Below are positions 47,823 through 58,600 of a stretch of 64,000 nucleotides of DNA, one piece after another. How positions within the stretch are numbered: the first letter of the stretch is position 1; every line of letters begins with the position of its first letter. The DNA comes from Eubacteriales bacterium (GTDB lineage: Bacteria; Bacillota; Clostridia; Christensenellales; Aristaeellaceae), in the NCBI GenBank assembly GCA_028693055.1, contig JAQUWD010000008.1, positions 5,768 through 69,767 on the forward strand. The letters are read 5' to 3'. The translations under genes and the position numbers were made by a program. The notes under the pieces were generated by a model, which ran no database searches, was not told the origin of the DNA, and saw only the letters and a list, made by a program, of their open reading frames with translations.

Positions 47823-48965
47823 ATGATTTATTTGGACAATGCTGCTACCACCGGTCAGAAGCCCGAAGGAGTTATTGACGCTGTTACAGAAGCCATGCGA
47901 TCACTTTCGGTCAATGCTGGTCGTGGAAGCTATGCAGCCGCACGGAAAGCCGTCCAGATCATAGAAGAATGTAAAAGCAATCTGTTTGAAATCGGAAGAA
48001 TGAATGCGGGGTATCATGTGTATTTCGCTCCTAGCGCCACCATTGCACTCAATCAGATCATTCTGGGGGAAGAATTTGACTGCTACTCCAATATCTATGT
48101 TACTCCCTTTGAACATAATGCTGTCATGCGCCCGCTTAACGCAGTATGCACCAAGACAAATGCGAAGCTACGTGCGTTACATTTCAATCGAGAGGATTGG
48201 TCTCTTGACACGGCTGATGCTGAGGCAGCCTTTCTAGCCTATCCGCCGAAGTATGTCTTTCTCTCGATGGTGAGCAATACCACTGGCTATGTATTGCCTG
48301 TCAAGGAGATCGTGGACATGGCGCATACGTATGGAGCAAAGGTCATCGTGGATTGTGCACAGGCCTTTGGCGCAGTGAATGCTGATCTTTCTGCGATTGG
48401 TGCTGATGCTTATGTATTTGCCAGCCACAAAACGCTTTATGGCCCTTATGGCATTGCCGGTTTCATCGTGAAAGATACCTTCTCGGTCAGCCCTGGTCTG
48501 TTCGGCGGAACGGGTTCGGATTCACTCAATTTGGTGATGCCATCTGCTAATGCAGGAGGCCTTGAACCCGGAAGCGCCAATATTCCCGCCATCTGCGGAT
48601 TGAACGAAGCTGTCAAATGGCTTCAAAGAACCGGTGTACAGGCCATTCAAGCGCACGAAAGCGGGCTCGTAGGCAGATTGGTCGAGGGCTTGCAGCGCAT
48701 GGAAAAGCTCCATCTGTATGTCCCCCCAACGGATCGACACAGCGGCATCGTAGCTTTTACCGTCGATGGGTATCAAAGTCATGATGTCGGCGAGATCCTC
48801 GATGATGAATTTGACATTGCTGTACGAACCGGCTATCAATGCGCTCCACTCGTACACGATTGGCTGGGTTCGAAGCCCTATGGCGGTATCGTCAGAGCTT
48901 CTGTAAGCTACTTCAATACAAAGGATGATATGGACTGTTTGATCGAAGCACTTAAGACATTATGA
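47823..48965 (+). CDS. Class-V aminotransferase-fold PLP enzyme, cysteine desulfurase-like (SufS/CsdA-type)
   Basis: IYLDNAATT start, PLP-lysine motif ASHKTLYGPYG, GGTGSDS and EPGSANIPAICGL blocks, and a candidate persulfide cysteine in RTGYQCAPL. GAGGAGG RBS. Confidence 0.85.
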   Translation: MIYLDNAATTGQKPEGVIDAVTEAMRSLSVNAGRGSYAAARKAVQIIEECKSNLFEIGRMNAGYHVYFAPSATIALNQIILGEEFDCYSNIYVTPFEHNAVMRPLNAVCTKTNAKLRALHFNREDWSLDTADAEAAFLAYPPKYVFLSMVSNTTGYVLPVKEIVDMAHTYGAKVIVDCAQAFGAVNADLSAIGADAYVFASHKTLYGPYGIAGFIVKDTFSVSPGLFGGTGSDSLNLVMPSANAGGLEPGSANIPAICGLNEAVKWLQRTGVQAIQAHESGLVGRLVEGLQRMEKLHLYVPPTDRHSGIVAFTVDGYQSHDVGEILDDEFDIAVRTGYQCAPLVHDWLGSKPYGGIVRASVSYFNTKDDMDCLIEALKTL

Positions 48966-48979
48966 GAGGGTGAATTACG

Positions 48980-50653
48980 GTGACAGCTTCCTATGCGAAT
49001 CCGTTTGTGGACTATCTGAACTCTTTGCACAACGGAAATGCTGCCAATCAAAATGCGATCGGTGAGATGCAGATCTCGTCGCCTTTTTTCGATGACACGC
49101 AGGTCAAGCGGCCTTTGGTCAGCTTCCTTCAAGCCAAGGTCGAGAAGGGAGATTTCATCATTCTGACCGGTCATGCGGGGGACGGCAAAACGACACTGCT
49201 TGCGCAGGTGCTTGATGCAATAGGCTCGAAGCAGCAGCGTCTGCTGCCTTTTGCGGATATTGATTGTGGCTGTCAGCAAGTTCACTATGTCAAGGATTTC
49301 AGCGAGTTGACAAAGGTTGAGCAGGATTCCGAACTGCAGAGCTGCTTTTCTCGCCGCAATGCTTCGATACTGATTGCTAACACAGGCCCGCTTTTGAGCG
49401 CTTTCAATAGGCTCGATAGTAATGGTCATGAGGCGGACCTACTGGATCTGATGGATCTCCCCTGCGGTGGTTATCTTAGCGTGGAGGAGAACGGCAGGGC
49501 ATTCGTGCTGAACATCGCCCGTGTAGACAATACAGACTTTATCAAACCCTACTTGCAGAACCTCGTTGCCACGCCGCATTGGTCTGCTTGCGCAGCATGT
49601 CCGAGTGCCGAAAGATGCCCGATCTACTTCAATCGAAATATGCTCATTGAAAAAATCGATCGGGCCTCGGGCTTTATTGAGAAGGCATACATCTGGTTGC
49701 AAGAATACGATCATCGTGCCACCATTCGTCAGATCACTGCACACTTGACCTATGCCATGACAGGGGGACTTCATTGTAATAGTGTAGCTTCGCATTGTGC
49801 GGACAGTTGGCGATACCGTTACCTTTTTTCAAATCTGTTCTTTGGCTGTGAAGGAAACGACTTCAGAGAGGGTGCAAAGCAGATCCATGGTATTCGACTC
49901 GTTACGGAGGCAAAATTCGACATCCGCCCAACCTGTGTGGACTATGAGCTGTTTAACAAGAATCAATATGAGGCGTTCTATCCTGCCCCTTTAGCTGGGG
50001 TTTTTGATGAAGCCTTCAATCAGCATAGGCACCGTGATACCGGTATCGTTCAAACGATACTGAAGCGTGCTTATCTTTTCTTTGGGCAAAACACGAATGA
50101 AGTGGATCAAGCGCAGGAAAAAGAAACATTTTCAGAATGGTTTGACCTGTATTTGCGGATCCGTAACAAGGGTGAAAAGCCCAAAGATTCGTTTAAAAAA
50201 TCGATCTGCAGCGCGATTAACACTTTGTTTGTGGGGGAGACGCTCGGAGAATTCTCCGATCATATCGATTTGACATTGCGGCGAAATAATGAGCAAACAA
50301 GTAATGTGCAACTATTGTCCGGGCGAATCGCGATCGACAATATTGCCCTCAAGTGTGAACCCTATGACACCGTCTCGGGACAAAAGCAATATCATCTCGT
50401 TTTCTGTACCGGTAAAATGAAATACCGAATCTCTTTGCCATTACTGAATTACTTCTGCGAGATCTATCACGGCATCATCATCACAGATATTGATCCCATG
50501 CTGAGCAACGGTATTGATAGCCTCAAAGCGCAGCTGCTTTCAAACGATCAAACTACGGTTGATGAGAACGAAGTGCCACTTGTATTTCTATCCGGTAACA
50601 GATGGGTCAAACGAAAGCTCATCATCGGCGAGCATAGCATTGATCATGATTGA
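48980..50653 (+). CDS. P-loop NTPase with Cys cluster (DptF/DndF-like by size, position and N-terminal Walker A)
   Basis: Walker A ILTGHAGDGKTTLL near residue 70. CAACPSAERCP cluster. GTG start 14 nt after the desulfurase stop, with a GAGAGGG RBS. Confidence 0.6.
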   Translation: MTASYANPFVDYLNSLHNGNAANQNAIGEMQISSPFFDDTQVKRPLVSFLQAKVEKGDFIILTGHAGDGKTTLLAQVLDAIGSKQQRLLPFADIDCGCQQVHYVKDFSELTKVEQDSELQSCFSRRNASILIANTGPLLSAFNRLDSNGHEADLLDLMDLPCGGYLSVEENGRAFVLNIARVDNTDFIKPYLQNLVATPHWSACAACPSAERCPIYFNRNMLIEKIDRASGFIEKAYIWLQEYDHRATIRQITAHLTYAMTGGLHCNSVASHCADSWRYRYLFSNLFFGCEGNDFREGAKQIHGIRLVTEAKFDIRPTCVDYELFNKNQYEAFYPAPLAGVFDEAFNQHRHRDTGIVQTILKRAYLFFGQNTNEVDQAQEKETFSEWFDLYLRIRNKGEKPKDSFKKSICSAINTLFVGETLGEFSDHIDLTLRRNNEQTSNVQLLSGRIAIDNIALKCEPYDTVSGQKQYHLVFCTGKMKYRISLPLLNYFCEIYHGIIITDIDPMLSNGIDSLKAQLLSNDQTTVDENEVPLVFLSGNRWVKRKLIIGEHSIDHD

Positions 50654-50671
50654 GGAAGGAGATGCAGTAGC

Positions 50672-52165
50672 GTGTTTCCACCAAACGCTGACATAGGCCG
50701 AAAAGAGGATAACCTAGGCATCGCACTCTTAGGAAATCGTATTTACTGTGATCAGACACTCGTAGAATACCTTATTGAGTTTCTACTTGTATTTACGAGC
50801 GCAAAAAATGCAGACGGCGATGGCAGACTTCGCTTTCATTCTGCTTCAGAGATCTCTATCAACAGGATGACCTATCACGTTGCACCGAACACCGCTTTGC
50901 GTCGTTTCATTTTCTACAACAATAGTAAGCAGGAAAGCCGCTCAACAATCGATACAAAAGCGAATGCAGAACTATGGAAGTGCCTGCGCGATACGACACA
51001 GAACGGTGAAGAGGACATTGACTTGATCCACGATCTGCTACATAGCTATGCTATTGTTACCAGAAATCGCGGATGGTACGCACAAGCACTTCTCCCCGTT
51101 GCGCCCGAGTTGCTCTTGACAGACCTGCAGGGGATCAAGAAACGTCAAAAAGCAGATTGGCCATTATTTGATCCGCAAGTGGACAACGGATTTGATTTTG
51201 ATAAGCACAATTTTCTTGCTCGAGGAGGACAAGTCCTTTATCTTCATCTGCTCCAAGGGCTGCTGCATTCGGACGAGCAAGAGAAAGATGATCGGGAAGT
51301 GATTGAGAAGCTGCTTCGAAATATGCTACGTTGCTCGGGCGGAGAGGTTGGACTTCTCGCAAATTTTGTTCAAAACGAATGGGAATATCATCGGGAAGAT
51401 GTAGATTTTAGGCTACGTGCATTTAACATGGGGTATATTCAAGATGCTTTTGACATCCGTTCGGCTCGGTTTGTTCAAGAGATTCGCTGCTTCCTGAGCT
51501 GTGATATCCATCCGATCGCGAGAATTGAACTGCTTTCTCAGGGGCTGATATTGGCGTTGCTCCGAGCGATTCAGATCGTTGCTGCACACAAGATCGATCC
51601 TTCAGGGAGAGAGCCTCTTTGGGTCATGGATATGAGCGAGATGGGCGGCACATCAAATATTGCAAAGCTGGCTGCTGCAAGCTACGCGACAGCCTATGAT
51701 TCCTTTCTTTCGGCCATGTCGATTCTATTCGATGAGCGTTCATTCGATGGTGATAAACGATTTGAGATGCTGCAAAAGAGCAAGCAGAACACCGCAGATG
51801 TCTTCAAAAACCTTGGGAAAGAAATGAAGCTGGTCATTCCCCCGCGAGGTGGACACGAAAGATTCTCCCTGTCTGAGGCACTTGCACGGTACCTTGTTCT
51901 TGCCATCGTAAAGCCCGGCAGAAAGATCACGCTCGATACCTTTCTTGACCGTTTGTATGATCATTACCGAATCATCATCGCACCTGCACAGTACCGAAGA
52001 GCCATTGCTGACGGGAGCTGGAAAGACAGTGAAAACATGGCCGACTATTTCGAGATCAATGCGCGCTGTTTCCAGGACTTCTTGAAGCAGTGTGGCTTCG
52101 TTCGAGATCTTTCCGATGCAACAGCAATTGTTGAAAACCCATATAAGGAGGTAACACTCGAATGA
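50672..52165 (+). CDS. Hypothetical 497-aa protein (DptG/DndG-like by position; no motif recognised)
   Basis: Long ORF with a GGAAGGAG RBS. 4-nt ATGA overlap with the next ORF. Confidence 0.55.
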   Translation: MFPPNADIGRKEDNLGIALLGNRIYCDQTLVEYLIEFLLVFTSAKNADGDGRLRFHSASEISINRMTYHVAPNTALRRFIFYNNSKQESRSTIDTKANAELWKCLRDTTQNGEEDIDLIHDLLHSYAIVTRNRGWYAQALLPVAPELLLTDLQGIKKRQKADWPLFDPQVDNGFDFDKHNFLARGGQVLYLHLLQGLLHSDEQEKDDREVIEKLLRNMLRCSGGEVGLLANFVQNEWEYHREDVDFRLRAFNMGYIQDAFDIRSARFVQEIRCFLSCDIHPIARIELLSQGLILALLRAIQIVAAHKIDPSGREPLWVMDMSEMGGTSNIAKLAAASYATAYDSFLSAMSILFDERSFDGDKRFEMLQKSKQNTADVFKNLGKEMKLVIPPRGGHERFSLSEALARYLVLAIVKPGRKITLDTFLDRLYDHYRIIIAPAQYRRAIADGSWKDSENMADYFEINARCFQDFLKQCGFVRDLSDATAIVENPYKEVTLE

Positions 52166-54087
52166 AGCAGCTGGCAGATTATATCTTCAAAGATATTGTT
52201 CACAGCCTCCGGCGTAATAGCGATAAACAAGTGATTCGCGTGGATGGCTTCGAAAATCTCGGGTTGTACCTTCGTTTGTGCAGGAAGACTCAAGAGTTGT
52301 GCGCAAAGCAAGGCTATTCCTTGATCGCGAAGCTGAGCTGCAACAAATTTGAGCAGTTTGTTGCAGCCGGGAAATGGCCTGCCGAAGTATCCGCAATGCG
52401 CATGAACGATTGGGTGGATGAAGAGGATCATATGACGAGCTATCGGAACATGCTGCCCGATAGCGGGAAGCGGCTGGTCGTTTTACTGCTCGGTACAGAT
52501 ATGGTGGATGACAAAGGCGGCCTCAATGACTTTTTCGCCATTACACCTAACAAGATTGATGTGGAGATCGGAAATAAGTTTTCCAAGCTCATCAGCCAAG
52601 AACTACATGATGCCTTTGACAATGCGCAGATTGACGATGTGGTGGACCGTTTCTTTGGGGATCTGTTTTCTTGTACACCCAAAAACCTTTCGCAGGTCAG
52701 CGATATTCTTGACGGCTGGCTCAATGAGACGCCCACAGTAAAAGAAGCCATGGTGGATTTGTTCACCATGCTACCCCAATGGAATATTCCCATGATACAA
52801 GATGCAGCAGAGAAACTTACGCCTGTAAAGTTCATCTCTGCTCGCGGAAAGAGCAGTCTGGTACTGAAAGCTAGTAACTTTATTCGCGGAAAAACGTATG
52901 CGAGGATCACCAAATCCACGATAGCAAATATGAAAAAGAAGTTTGAACAGTACCGTGGTGAGGATGGTAAGCAGCCGGGAAAATACTATATGGAGTATCC
53001 TACCGGGCAAAAAATTACTTCTCTTGCCCAGCTTGAAGCAGCTGCAATATCTTATGTCATGGGCGACCATAGCGAAGATTTATGTGACACGCTCATTCAT
53101 ACAGATTTTTCGATTCTTGATGACGTCCTGAACATCAAGTTGACCACGAAAAAGTCGACAGACAAGATCATCAAGGTCGAAGGAATGCCGCTATCAGTCT
53201 TTCTGATGGCATTTCTAAGCGCGCTTGATGACAACGAGATGGGAATCGATGCCGTTAGGTTCAACTGGCAGCAGGCTAGGCTTTGTGGCATTCCTTCTAA
53301 TGTGGAAGTTGCCGACGCATCCGAAAAAGACGCCCTTCTGCTTGACTCGTGGAATGCGATCACTCGCTTCACAGGCGGCATCGGCGAATACATCTCCCAA
53401 GAAAACTGGCAAGGGCACGATGGCGAGCCTATTTCGCTCTGTATGGAGCCGTCCGATTTTTTCCTCCCCAGTGCAGGAAAAAGTCTCGTCGAGTCTGGGT
53501 TGGTGACGACCGGATCAGGCGCAAAGCATAAGATCAACTTTACCATTGAAGCACTGTGCAACGACACAACCATCGCCACAGAGGATTTTGTTTGGGAGAT
53601 CGACCCAATGGAAGCATGGCTCCTTGCTTTCCGAGATCTGGATGACATGCCTGAGGAGGAAACGTGTTATCTTCCTTTTGAGACGTCTGCTGAGATGAAC
53701 ACGGCCTATTCGCTGAAGGATGAAGACGGTTTTGCGTACTGGATCACCCATACAGATGTGAAACCTTTAGTTGGAAATAGCAGCCTTTGGAATACGCTCG
53801 ATCGCGAGTTGCAGCAGGCTGAGGAGGATATGGAGCAAGCACGATTCTTTAAACTGGGGAAGTGTTTCCAAAACTTCAGAAAACAAGTGATGAAAGAAGG
53901 GTTCTTTGCTAGCATCAACAGCTCCGCCAGCATTTTTTTAAACGAGTATCTTGCATTAGTCGATCACATAGCAACCTGTCCGGTATATGTGGGAAAACTT
54001 CACACTCTCGTTGGAAAGGAAAGATCGTCCAGCACTATGCCATTGCGGGGCAGTTGCCGATCAATCCCTTCAAGCGTCAGCCGCTGA
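52162..54087 (+). CDS. Hypothetical 641-aa protein, probably the N-terminal part of a DptH-like/HerA-like ATPase
   Basis: AAGGAGG RBS. No catalytic motif recognised. The last ~30 residues look non-native, and the ORF overlaps the next one in a different frame. Confidence 0.55.
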   Translation: MKQLADYIFKDIVHSLRRNSDKQVIRVDGFENLGLYLRLCRKTQELCAKQGYSLIAKLSCNKFEQFVAAGKWPAEVSAMRMNDWVDEEDHMTSYRNMLPDSGKRLVVLLLGTDMVDDKGGLNDFFAITPNKIDVEIGNKFSKLISQELHDAFDNAQIDDVVDRFFGDLFSCTPKNLSQVSDILDGWLNETPTVKEAMVDLFTMLPQWNIPMIQDAAEKLTPVKFISARGKSSLVLKASNFIRGKTYARITKSTIANMKKKFEQYRGEDGKQPGKYYMEYPTGQKITSLAQLEAAAISYVMGDHSEDLCDTLIHTDFSILDDVLNIKLTTKKSTDKIIKVEGMPLSVFLMAFLSALDDNEMGIDAVRFNWQQARLCGIPSNVEVADASEKDALLLDSWNAITRFTGGIGEYISQENWQGHDGEPISLCMEPSDFFLPSAGKSLVESGLVTTGSGAKHKINFTIEALCNDTTIATEDFVWEIDPMEAWLLAFRDLDDMPEEETCYLPFETSAEMNTAYSLKDEDGFAYWITHTDVKPLVGNSSLWNTLDRELQQAEEDMEQARFFKLGKCFQNFRKQVMKEGFFASINSSASIFLNEYLALVDHIATCPVYVGKLHTLVGKERSSSTMPLRGSCRSIPSSVSR

Positions 54088-54893
54088 ATATTCCTGGGCT
54101 TCCTGAGGGAATGCTGGAGCAATCGACCAACGTTGCAAGCCGATTTTCTGCGATCATGAAGCACGTATATGCCTTTGGCGAGCAACAATCCTCAGCGCTT
54201 TATCAAGCATGCAAAGAAGGTATTGACCATTTTGGAGATCAGATGGACTTCGAGAAGCTGCGGCAGCTGCTAGGGGGACAAACCAGCACATATTCCAAGA
54301 CTGTCTTATCCAAAATGCAGCAGCTTTTTGACCTTAACCTGTTTGATACGCAGCATGCCTTTGATTGGTCCAAGATCACACAGCGTGATGGAAAGGTAAC
54401 AGTCATCCAGCTCACGAGTCTTGATCGAGAGATCCAAACCGTCATTACCGAGATGTTGATGTGGGATGCATGGTACAGTCTCGTGAAGTATGGCGACAAG
54501 TCAAGACCTTTCGTTGTTGTGCTTGATGAAGCTCAAAACCTTTCTATTAGCGATGGTTCCCCTGCGCAAAAGATCCTGCAGGAGGGACGGAAATACGGGT
54601 GGTCGGCATGGTTTGCTACACAGTTTATGAAGGGTGCATTGTCGTCGGACGAGATCTCCAGATTGCAGCAGGCGGCTGAAACGCTGAATTTCAAACCCTC
54701 CGCAGAGGAGATCGGGTCTGTGGCATCTATGCTTTCGGATAGCAACACATCTGCCTCAGAATGGACCGAGATCATCAAACAGATGCAGAAGGGGCATTGC
54801 ATCGTAAAGGGTGATCGCATTCGTCCTAACAATACATTCGGTGCTGCGCCTGCAGTGCTTGTGAAGGTGAGTAGCTTTGAAGAAAGAAATTGA
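54054..54893 (+). CDS. HerA/FtsK-like (DUF87-type) ATPase C-terminal module without a recognisable Walker A
   Basis: Walker B PFVVVLDEAQNL and EGRKYGWSAWFATQ (sensor/Arg-finger block), then GHCIVKG. No ATG or SD at its 5' end. The frame is open from 53913. Confidence 0.55.
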   Translation: MPINPFKRQPLNIPGLPEGMLEQSTNVASRFSAIMKHVYAFGEQQSSALYQACKEGIDHFGDQMDFEKLRQLLGGQTSTYSKTVLSKMQQLFDLNLFDTQHAFDWSKITQRDGKVTVIQLTSLDREIQTVITEMLMWDAWYSLVKYGDKSRPFVVVLDEAQNLSISDGSPAQKILQEGRKYGWSAWFATQFMKGALSSDEISRLQQAAETLNFKPSAEEIGSVASMLSDSNTSASEWTEIIKQMQKGHCIVKGDRIRPNNTFGAAPAVLVKVSSFEERN

Positions 54894-55677
54894 CTTCGGT
54901 GTAAACTTCCATCAGACATTCCCTCCGACGCCTGCCTATATTGGCCGCATTCTAGCGATTGCAGAGGGCAAAAAGATGTCATCTCGTGAGATATCTGATC
55001 TAACAGGCATTCCACAAGGTGAGTCCTCCGGCAAGGTTGTTCCCCATCTCAAGTACGCTGCCTATATGGGATTGATCGAGCCGGATGTGACGATCCCGAC
55101 GCGAACCCCACTCGGGGATATTGTACTTCAGGAGGACAGATCATGCAGCGAGGCCTTGACCCAATGGCTGATGCACAGTAATCTGACATCCTCTACAGGC
55201 GCACCCATGTGGCATTTCCTTATTCGGGAGTTGCTGTTTCAAAATCGTGAGGGCACCACCAAGGAATACTTGTCTATGCAGATGCAAGCAGTATTCAAGA
55301 CGGAGAAGTATACCCCCGTATTGACCACATACAATGAGTTTTCCAGCATGACATACCTATCTGTTGATAAACCAACGGGCAAAGTATCGATCTTTCCTCA
55401 GAGAATCGAACGTGAACTTCTTTACCTCTATGGCTATTCACTGATGCACGAATGGGATGCAAGATTCCCAAGCACACCTGAGATTACTGTCTACGAAATG
55501 AATGGTTTTGCCTGCGTTACCTGCTTCGGCTTCACGGATAATCAATGGTTTGACGTGCTAGAACAGCTGTCTGCACTAGAAATCATACGCATGAATAAAC
55601 AGTTGTCACCTTACACAATTGTTCACCTTACATCCGCACAGACTCTTGTCCCAAAGCTTTACTCTTTACTGATCTGA
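54877..55677 (+). CDS. DUF4007-like winged-helix protein (SspB/PbeA-like by architecture)
   Basis: N-terminal FHQTFPPTPAYIGRIL...MSSREISDLTGIPQGESSGKVVPHLKYAAYMGLIE resembles the DUF4007 N-terminal pattern. Apparent TTG start that overlaps the previous ORF by 17 nt. Confidence 0.5.
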   Translation: MKKEIDFGVNFHQTFPPTPAYIGRILAIAEGKKMSSREISDLTGIPQGESSGKVVPHLKYAAYMGLIEPDVTIPTRTPLGDIVLQEDRSCSEALTQWLMHSNLTSSTGAPMWHFLIRELLFQNREGTTKEYLSMQMQAVFKTEKYTPVLTTYNEFSSMTYLSVDKPTGKVSIFPQRIERELLYLYGYSLMHEWDARFPSTPEITVYEMNGFACVTCFGFTDNQWFDVLEQLSALEIIRMNKQLSPYTIVHLTSAQTLVPKLYSLLI

Positions 55678-55695
55678 CACTTGGAGGAAGCATCC

Positions 55696-58600
55696 ATGAC
55701 ACAGTTGAAGGATCTAGTCGTTTTCCGTGATGATCTCTACTTTGAGGGTGCTGTTCAAGCAGACTGGTTCTATCAGTCGCGTCAAGTGGAAGCAGTAGCA
55801 AGGAGTTTCGTCTTTCACGGACCAAAGAACCATGCTGTCTCCCAGAATGATTTCGGCGGCCACAGCTTGCTTGATACCGCCTCTTTCACACTACGCCTTG
55901 CGCAAAAGATGGACAGCCCGGAGGACTATAACCCATTGACCCTTGCAATTGCCGGTTATGGTACGGGTAAATCACACCTTGCGGTGACATTGTCTACCCT
56001 TTTCAGCGGTGAGCAATGGAAGCCGGTGCTTCACAACAAGATCCTGCAAAACATCGCCCGAGCTGATACAGGCATTGAAGCGCAGCTGCGTCCATTGGTT
56101 CGCAAACCCAAACTCGTTCTTACGCTGAACGGTATGCGTGATTTCAACCTGCATTATGAATTGCTTCGCACCGCAGAAAAAGCCTTGAAGCTCTACGGAT
56201 CCGACCTTGATGTACTGGCGAAGCTCAACAAGGTGAAAGAAACCGCCACGACCTTTATCGAACGCTCCTATGAGCTGCTAGAGGAGCGGTTTGTGCAAAC
56301 GGCGAAAAGCAAGGGAATCCAGGTTGCGGGAGAGCAGCTGAAGCAGCACCTACTTCAATCGCTTGACTGTGAGGCCGGTGTCGAGTTCGACGTGATCAAC
56401 GCGGTCTATATGGACTTCAACGGACACCCCATACGTATGGATGAGGGCGTGTCGGCGAGTCTTGTGCTTGATACGCTTTTGCAGGAGTGTTGCGGGCTTC
56501 ACGGCCAATTTGATGGACTCGTCATTCTGTTTGACGAATTCGGACGCTTCCTTGAATATGTTTCGGCAAATCCTACAGCAGCTGGTGATTCAGCGCTCCA
56601 GCAGATCTTTGAGTCTGTGCAGAATGCGGCGGGCGAAATCCAATTCGTAGGGTTTATCCAATCGGATATCAAGAGCTACCTACAGCGTGTGGATAAATCC
56701 AGTAATATCAGCCGCTATATTGACCGATTTGATGCCAGCGAAAAAATTTATCTCAGTTCAAACCTCGAAACGATCTTCGCAAATCTGCTAGAGAAGAAGG
56801 ACCGAGCAGCTTATGATCGTGAGGTCACGGCGCGTTTTCGTGCTGATGAGCATAAACAGCACGCTTTGTTCGACGATTTGCAAAAATGGGTTCCTCTGCA
56901 TGGAATCTGGAACAACTGGAGTGACTACAGCCGTATCATTCTTGAAGAGATCTATCCGCTTCATCCCATCTCGACATACTTGCTCTGCAATTTGACAAAC
57001 TGGCTGCAAAGTCGATCGTCCTTAACGCTGCTCAGTGAAAAAGTCCGATTGATCGGAAATCAGATTGTGGATGCTTCATCCCCTCTGCCGCTGATCTATC
57101 CAGTCGAATTACTGAAAGGCGCTTTCTTTAGTGAGCTTCTCAATGCAGAGGAGCAAGGAAGGCAAAATAGCCAGTTCTGCATTCTTCTCAATAGTATCTA
57201 TCGAAAGCTGGATACGAAACTCACAGACGAAACGCGGAATGTCCTGCTTGCAAACTTGATTTTGCGGATCTGCCGCTTTCACTTCGAGACGCGAGTAGAA
57301 CTCTTATCCGCTATCGGTGAATGCTCAGGACTGTCCTCCACACAAGTTGATGCTGCACTTCAGCTTCTGGAGAATGAGTACGCCGTATTGAGCTATGATG
57401 ATCGGCTGATCTGCTTTGACTTCATTGCAGATTCGGTTGGCGCAAATGAATTCCGAAATTTCTTAAAGACTGCGCAGAATCGTCGTGCTTTCCACCCGGA
57501 GATGCTGGCCCAAAATGATATTCTGGATTTCGCCGAGACCCTAAAGCCGATTGAGACAGACTTCGGTTCCAAGCATGGCATTCAAACGAGAGAATGGCAA
57601 TTCGTGCAGCAGATCGAACCGGTCCAAAGCATGGACAGCAGGACTGTCAGCAGCGTTTATAAAGAGCTTCAAACGCGAACCTTGCCAAACACAGAGCGGG
57701 GCATGTTGCTGTGGGTCTATCTGCCCAAAGATGCAGACATCATGAAGCTCGACCAGCTTATCACATCCGTTCAAGCCGTTGAGCATGATCAGGCGCTTGT
57801 GGTTTTTGTCCTAGATGATTCTGACAACGCTTTGCAGGAGGCGATTCTTGCATATCGTGTCCTGTCCGATATGCAACCTGAGGAAAAGCTTCACTTCAAG
57901 CATTTCTACGATGATGCTTTAGTGAAAGCACAGGAGCGCGTTCGCAGCATATTCGCTGCCCTGAAGCAGCAGCGCAAAGCCATTACAGCAGAAGGCATTA
58001 CGCCTATCGACAAGCGCCTGAAGGTATACCTCACATCGATCTTTGAAAATGTGTATCCGAAGGCGATATCTTTTGACTTTGATGGCTTTGATGCAAAGGG
58101 CGCAAATGGCGCTCCATACAAGAACTTCTGCACGATCATGAAATGGATCTTGATGGATGGGATGTCTTATGTTGCACTTAAGTCGCAGTCATCTGATGTA
58201 AAGAACCGCGTCGACTCGCTTCTTGGCCCGCATGGACTATTCTCATGGCGTGCACTCAACAGTGATTATAAGATTGTTTCCCCCACAAATGGAGCGGTTG
58301 CCAAAATCTTTGCTTCGCTTGAGAGCATACTGAATACAAAAAGAGTTCTTTCGTTCAGACAGGTTTCAACGCTGCTGACTTCCGCCCCTTATGGTATGAA
58401 TGAGTATGTAGCATTTATGTTGTTGGGATTATTTAACGAACTGTTTTCATATACAACCCGGCTTGTGCTAAACGATTCTAAGTATTCTACTCATACCTGG
58501 GCTGAGGAAGTGCTACAGGACAAAAAGTTTGATGTGAAACTCTTTGGCAAAACCAAACTTTTGCTGGTTGATGCAGAAGAAACTACAGGAAAGTATCGTA

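Noticed and set aside
54111-54893. Independent start of the Walker-B module at ATG 54111 (GAGGGA immediately upstream)
   Set aside because: The SD-like sequence abuts the ATG with ~1 nt spacing, which is too short. Conserved-looking sequence (LPINPFKRQPL) lies upstream of this ATG in the same frame. A split or frameshifted single gene is more likely.
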